Assembly: GCA_964348105.1 (NCBI GenBank)
Contig: CAYGBP010000008.1
Coordinates: forward strand, 3,663-42,983
DNA from: an uncultured Nitrospirota bacterium
GTDB lineage: Bacteria; Nitrospirota; Nitrospiria; DATECO01
Length of the DNA stretch: 39,321 nucleotides
Direction: 5' to 3'
Position numbers and translations under genes: made by a program
The notes under the pieces: generated by a model
The model's database searches: none
What the model was told of the DNA's origin: nothing
Seen by the model: only the letters and a program-made list of their open reading frames with translations
Shown: positions 34,709 through 39,321 of the stretch, piece by piece
Numbering within the stretch: the first letter of the stretch is position 1
Layout: every line of letters begins with the position of its first letter

Positions 34709-35104
34709 GGGGGAACGCGTCGGGCGCCCAAGGGCGTCATTTTCACGAATCATTGCCCATCTGGAGACCGCGGCGTTTGTCAAACGGAAGTTCGGCGGTC
34801 GGGATTTCCGGATCTGGCCGGTGGAGGAGCCGGCCTGGTGGATTCCCTGTTGGAAACGGACCAGATCGACGAGCCGGTTCTGTCGCTTCACCCGATTACG
34901 GTGGGGTAGGGTATTTCCCTTTTTCCTTCCGGTACCGACGAGCGTGGCAGGACCTTCAGGAATGTCAGAAGCTTGGTATCAGGCCTGGTTCAGCTGACAT
35001 ACGCCCGCTGATAAGCCATGGCGCACCCAACAGTGTCCGGCACACGCCACCCGCGAAGAAAACCGCTGGATTTGCGGAAGGCAAGCCGGGGGGGGTGCGC
35101 AGAG

Positions 35105-35536
35105 CTATCTGACATCGAAAGCCAGGGTCTTGATCACATCCCCATCCGCTTCGGCGATATCCACTTTCCAGTGTCCCGTCATCTCCGGCGTGATGATCTT
35201 GCTGCTGTAGGTCCTCCAGTTGCCGGAACGAACGGGCAGCTCGACCTCCGCGATCAGCTGATCTTCCAGGTACCAGCGATGCTTGATGGTGGTATTCCGG
35301 CTTGATCCTTCGATCCGGCTAAAGAGGTAGAGCTTGCCCACGGCGGAATCGAAGACCTCCGCCACGCCGACGGGCTTGAGGTCTCCCCCCTCGGTGATCA
35401 GGACTTCGATCCCGGTGGCGACGGCCGCCTCGGCGACCTTCAGATTCCCATTCCCCTCCTGCGCTGCCAGAGGCTGCGATACCACCAGGAACAGGGCGGT
35501 GGCTGACCCAATCAGGATGTTCTTGAGCGATACCAT
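35105..35536 (-). CDS. Secreted DUF2914-domain protein
   Basis: ATG 35536 is preceded by AAGGAGGA. It has the signal peptide MVSLKNILIGSATALFLVVSQPLAAQ. The DUF2914-like core is KLYLFSRIEGSSRNTTIKHRWYLEDQLIAEVELPVRSGNWRTYSSK...GHWKVDI. Confidence 0.7.
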   Translation of the reverse strand: MVSLKNILIGSATALFLVVSQPLAAQEGNGNLKVAEAAVATGIEVLITEGGDLKPVGVAEVFDSAVGKLYLFSRIEGSSRNTTIKHRWYLEDQLIAEVELPVRSGNWRTYSSKIITPEMTGHWKVDIAEADGDVIKTLAFDVR

Positions 35537-35734
35537 TGAAATCCTCCTTTCCTCTAAAAATACCAGAAGTCCATAGAATGTCAACGATTCCTGCCTTCGG
35601 ATCGAATCGCTGGCAGCGGGGACCGGAGGATTGACACACGGGACGTATTACGCATATAGTACCTCCCATGCCGACATTGAGCTGACTTGAAGGCCGGCGA
35701 TGCGATCCGGCGCAACGATCAAGAAGGAGGGCTT

Positions 35735-36103
35735 ATGGCTAGAGTGGTTTCCGATTCCTGGGTGATGGCCGAAGTACGGGACATCAAGCGCACCGTAACT
35801 TTTTATTCCAAGCTGGGTTTCAAGCCTTCGCTTCGCATGCCTTTTTACGTGGAATTCAAGGTTCCCGGCGGAACAGTCCTGGGGCTTCATTCCTCCGGCT
35901 CGAAGCGAAAAAAGGCCAAGGGCGGCAACGCCGGGGGGTGGGGAATCATGCTTCGGGTGGGGAACATCAAAAAGGTTGTAAGCGGTCTTAAGCGCAAACG
36001 GATCCGCTGCGCTCCGGTCAAGCGGGCCCCGGGCGGAGCCTACTTTTCGTCCTTCAAGGATCCGGATGGAAATCGACTCCTCCTGGTCCAGATGGGCCGC
36101 TGA
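35735..36103 (+). CDS. VOC (glyoxalase/bleomycin-resistance/dioxygenase) family protein
   Basis: ATG 35735 is preceded by GAAGGAGGG. Typical VOC elements are DIKRTVTFYSKLGF and FKDPDGNRLLLVQ. Confidence 0.75.
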   Translation: MARVVSDSWVMAEVRDIKRTVTFYSKLGFKPSLRMPFYVEFKVPGGTVLGLHSSGSKRKKAKGGNAGGWGIMLRVGNIKKVVSGLKRKRIRCAPVKRAPGGAYFSSFKDPDGNRLLLVQMGR

Positions 36104-36156
36104 CGCCTGGCGTTTCCCGCTTTCGGTTGGCATGGCCTTCCCCGCCCCACCCCCGG

Positions 36157-36184
36157 TTGACGGTCCGGCAATCTGAGATATACT
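36157..36184 (+). promoter_or_regulatory. Candidate sigma70 promoter for the lipoprotein gene
   Basis: TTGACG (36157-36162), a 16-nt spacer, then TATACT (36179-36184). Confidence 0.45.
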
Positions 36185-36248
36185 CAGTCATATCATCCGC
36201 TCAAGGGGGCGGTGTTGCGAAACAGCGTGGAAATCGGGAGGGAAGAAC

Positions 36249-36912
36249 ATGGGTAGGATCGGCCTGAAGCTGAAGGCAAAATACTTCGGACCCTGTTTGC
36301 TGGCCATCCTATCGGTGGCGTGCGCCCATAAGGTGGTCGTGGAGATCCCTCCCCGGATCGATCTTCAGACCAATCAGACCATCGGCATCATTGAATTTTC
36401 ATCCAACTCCACGGACAAACTGAACCAGTATGCGACCCAGAAGTTCATGAGCTATGTGCAGGGGGGCCAACCCCAGGTCCGCTTTCTCGAGCTGGGGTCG
36501 GAGAAGGAATTGTTAAGCTCGGTGGGACATGAGCGGATGGATCCCCAGGCCATTAAGGCCATCGGAAAAAAGTACGGCGTGACCTCGATCTTCACGGGAA
36601 ACTATGAAATATCTGAGATGAAGCCCCGAATCAGTCTGGGTCAGGATCTGACCTCGATCAATGCCTCGGCAATGGTCAATATTACCATGGCCATCAAGCA
36701 GTGGGAGGCGGCCAGCGGCGCGACCCCTCTGGACCAATTCCCGTTTCGGGGAGTGGCCTGTGGCCAAGGTCAGCAAGGGCTCCGGAAGCTCCCTTTCCTT
36801 CAGCATCACCGATCCGGAAGACAAGTACGGCCACTTCATCACCAAGCTCGTCTATGCGGCTACCAACGACTTCAGGCCGCATTATGAAAAGCGAAAGGTC
36901 CCCCGAAAATAG
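36249..36912 (+). pseudogene. Lipoprotein gene with a +1 frameshift in a C4 run (or a sequencing error)
   Basis: The lipobox is LAILSVACAH. The coding-like sequence runs in frame 1 to about 36723. After CCCC (36724-36727) it continues in the next frame as LWTNSRFGEWPVAKVSKGSGSSLSFSITDPEDKYGHFITKLVYAATNDFRPHYEKRKVPRK, ending at 36912. The frame-1 tail (QGLRKLPFLQHHRSGRQ...) looks non-coding. Confidence 0.6.
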
Positions 36913-37012
36913 TCCTACATGGCCATAGTCTTTTCAGGGGGCGCACGCTTGTCGCCCATTCGAAACCCATCCGCGATATTCGATCCAGTCGGTAATCGTC
37001 GAGATTCGTTGA

Positions 37013-37669
37013 ATGACAGAGTGGATCGAGCATCCGATTAACCTGCTGACCGTCGCGACGATCCTGGGCGGTCTGATCTTCCTGCTTCTGGCGATCCTGG
37101 CTCTGAAGCGCAGGCGCGTGATCCGTATGTCCGCCAACCTGCTTCTTTCCCTCCTCTTTTTTTCTCTGGCGGTCCTCTTCGTGGTCATCTATGTGGGGAC
37201 CCGTGGTTACCAGGCCATTACGCATGAAGCCGTGGCGGCGATGATCACGGCGGTCCCCACCGGTCCTCAAACTTTTATCGCCCGATTCGAGTTTGAGAAC
37301 GGCCGGCTAGCGAGCTATCACCTATCGGGTGACGAGCTCTATGTGGATGCCCATATATTGAAGTGGAAGCCCGTTGCCAATTGGATGGGGTTGCATACGG
37401 CGTACGAGCTGGACCGGGTGGCGGGTCGTTACCGGAATCTGTCTGAGGAGCAGGTGAAAACCAGAACGGTCTTTTCCCTTTCGGAGAAGAAGCCTCTGGA
37501 CGTTTTCGATCTTCGGCGCCGCTATGCCATGCTGGGGCCGCTCGTGGACGCGGAGTACGGTTCGGCCACCTTCGTGCCGGCCGATCAGCAATCCGAGTTT
37601 GAGCTGAGGGTCTCGACCACGGGGCTACTGATTCGCCCGCGACCCCGCAGCGCCTCACAAGGTTCTTGA
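37013..37669 (+). CDS. Membrane protein (2 N-terminal TM) of unknown function
   Basis: 218-aa ORF with TM segments LLTVATILGGLIFLLLAILAL and LLLSLLFFSLAVLFVVIYV. A soluble domain follows. Confidence 0.6.
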   Translation: MTEWIEHPINLLTVATILGGLIFLLLAILALKRRRVIRMSANLLLSLLFFSLAVLFVVIYVGTRGYQAITHEAVAAMITAVPTGPQTFIARFEFENGRLASYHLSGDELYVDAHILKWKPVANWMGLHTAYELDRVAGRYRNLSEEQVKTRTVFSLSEKKPLDVFDLRRRYAMLGPLVDAEYGSATFVPADQQSEFELRVSTTGLLIRPRPRSASQGS

Positions 37670-37689
37670 GCCCGGCCCGAGAGGCTTGA

Positions 37690-38043
37690 TCAGTATGAGC
37701 GGGCCGGGTTACCGGCCCCGGCCGTTTGCAGCGAGGCGATATACCTGCCGTACGCATCGGAGATGCCGGTGAGCCGAATTCCCATGCCGGCTTTCTTAAC
37801 CACTCGGATCATTCCGGCCGGGACCTGTTTGGCCCACATCACGCGTCCCGTCAAGTCCACGACCTGGTTGTCTGGCAGAGTAATCTGCAGAAAAAGCGCG
37901 GTCCCGGGGGGATATACCACACTGCTCTTGATGAACACCGAATCGACCGATAGATCGTCCGTAAACCCGATCTTGTCGGGCCGGTCCTTCCCGAAGCTGA
38001 CGGGTAGACGCTTTGAATAGCGCTTGCGGGATCTTCGCTCCAT
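37690..38043 (-). CDS. PilZ-domain protein (c-di-GMP receptor type)
   Basis: 117 aa. The RxxxR motif is at the N-terminus (ERRSRKRY) and a D/NxSxxG-like DLSVDSVF lies about 25 aa later. The size is typical of single-domain PilZ proteins. Confidence 0.7.
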   Translation of the reverse strand: MERRSRKRYSKRLPVSFGKDRPDKIGFTDDLSVDSVFIKSSVVYPPGTALFLQITLPDNQVVDLTGRVMWAKQVPAGMIRVVKKAGMGIRLTGISDAYGRYIASLQTAGAGNPARSY

Positions 38044-38164
38044 CTTCAGTCCATTCTTGATTAAAATAAACCCTAGGAAAGTATACCAGAGATAAGAAAT
38101 ATGGCAAGCAAGACGGGCGGGTTGTTGGGATAAGTGCCGAGAGCGGGGTCAGCGTATCGTTGGA

Positions 38165-39321
38165 TCAGGTCTTGGCGCCGCGTTTGCGTTCGTTCTCGTC
38201 CAGGATGCGTTTTCTCAGCCTAAGTGACTGTGGAGTGACCTCGACCAGCTCGTCGTCCGCGATGAACTCGATGGCCTGTTCGAGCGAGAGGTTTCGGGGC
38301 GGGGTGAGCTGGATATTCTCGTCGCTGCCGGCCGCACGCATATTGGTCAGCTTCTTGGATTTCAATGGGTTGACCACAAGGTCGTTGTCCCGGCTGTGCT
38401 CGCCGATGATCATTCCCGCGTAGCATTTCACTCCGGGGCCCACGAAAAGAGATCCCCGCTCCTGCAGGTTGAACAGGGCGTATGCCATGGTCTCGCCCGC
38501 CTCCATGGCGATGAGGACGCCGCGTGTGCGGGTCGGGATGTCGCCTTTATAAGGGCCGTACCCGTCGTAGATGTGATGCAAAACGCCCGTGCCCTTGGTG
38601 TCGGTCAGGAACTCGGACTGCAGCCCGAGGAGTCCCCGTGCCGGAATTCGATACTCCAACCTTACCCGCCCGTCGCCTCCGGCCTGGTGGTTGATCATCT
38701 CTCCTTTCCGGCCGCCCAGTTTTTCGATGACGGTACCCTGGTAGGTTTCTTCCACGTCCACGGTGAGCAGCTCATAGGGCTCCAGGGTCGAGCCATTCTC
38801 TTGCCGGAGGATGACGCGGGGTTTGGAGACGGCCAGCTCGTAGCCCTCCCGTCTCATGTTCTCGATCAGGATGGCCAGGTGCAGCTCCCCCCTGCCGGAT
38901 ACCTTGAAGACGTCGCCGTTTTCGGTTTCCTCGATCCGGAGCGCCACATTGGTGCGAAGCTCCCGAAACAAGCGCTCGCGCAAATGACGGCTGGTGATGT
39001 ATTGCCCTTCGGTTCCCGCCAGCGGAGAGTTGTTGACCATAAATTCCATCGTGAGGGTGGGCTCGCCGATCTCGATCGGGGGAAGGGCTTGCGAGTTCTC
39101 GGCGTCGGCGATCGTCTCTCCGATCTCGATCGCGGCCAGGCCCGCCACGGCCACCACCTCGCCCGCCCGCGCCGAATCCAGCTCCACGCGCCCCAGCCCA
39201 TGAAATCCATAGAGCTTAGTCGCGCGGCTTTTTTCGATGCTCCCGTCGCGCTTGACTCTGGCGATCGGGCCCCCCACACGCAGCACCCCGTTTTAGATTT
39301 TTCCGCTGGCAATGCGTCCCA
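38165..39321 (-). CDS. typA: Translational GTPase TypA/BipA, C-terminal about 385 codons; the gene continues beyond the window end and carries an in-frame TAA at 39295-39293
   Basis: TypA-specific sequence includes RGELHLAILIENMRREGYELAVSKPRVI, KLTNMRAAGSDENIQLTPP and LEQAIEFIADDELVEVTPQSLRLRK. Upstream of the track start (GTG 39286) the same frame reads GRIASGKI-stop-NG, so the conserved domain II motif GRI.SG lies across a stop codon. Confidence 0.9.

Noticed and set aside
1-39321. Search for CRISPR arrays, tRNA/rRNA genes, IS elements, integrases and long direct or inverted repeats
   Set aside because: I found no regularly spaced repeats, no cloverleaf-like or rRNA-like segments in the intergenic regions, and no transposase or integrase motifs. 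The only repeated sequences are the divergent DoxX and DUF1207 paralog pairs.

Overview
GC-rich chromosomal segment from a diderm bacterium. Bacterial markers include TypA/BipA, HrpB, an S11 D-Ala-D-Ala peptidase, lipobox lipoproteins, a FadL-type outer-membrane protein, a PEP-CTERM protein, and ECF and sigma54 promoters. I see no rRNA, tRNA, CRISPR array, transposase or integrase.

Main content, left to right:
- a partial ABC-F ATPase
- a TPR lipoprotein
- a three-gene operon: top6B, top6A and an uncharacterised P-loop/winged-helix protein
- membrane and methyltransferase genes
- a decayed ECF-sigma/ArsM-like chimera
- a frameshifted DUF2238-like gene
- dodecin
- an alpha/beta hydrolase
- hrpB
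- a PBP endopeptidase
- a 64-aa bacterial histone-fold protein
- a Tat-exported MsrB
- an FMN reductase and a cupredoxin
- an envelope cluster: two DUF1207 paralogs, FadL and a PEP-CTERM protein
- dut
- a sigma54-preceded 2-oxoacid:ferredoxin oxidoreductase operon ending in a GltD-like flavoprotein fusion
- a secreted ankyrin protein
- two DoxX paralogs, one dead
- a PilZ protein
- typA at the right edge

Most interesting:
1. A bacterial Topo VI operon is coupled to an unknown STAND-like NTPase.
2. A Bd0055-type bacterial histone with a near-consensus promoter lies about 12 kb away.
3. The window has an unusually high density of interrupted genes. These include in-frame stops in the ECF sigma gene, one DoxX copy and typA, and homopolymer frameshifts in two other genes.

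I cannot show that any of this is a truly undescribed system. The Topo VI accessory gene is the best candidate. All family assignments rest on motif recognition by eye, not on database searches.
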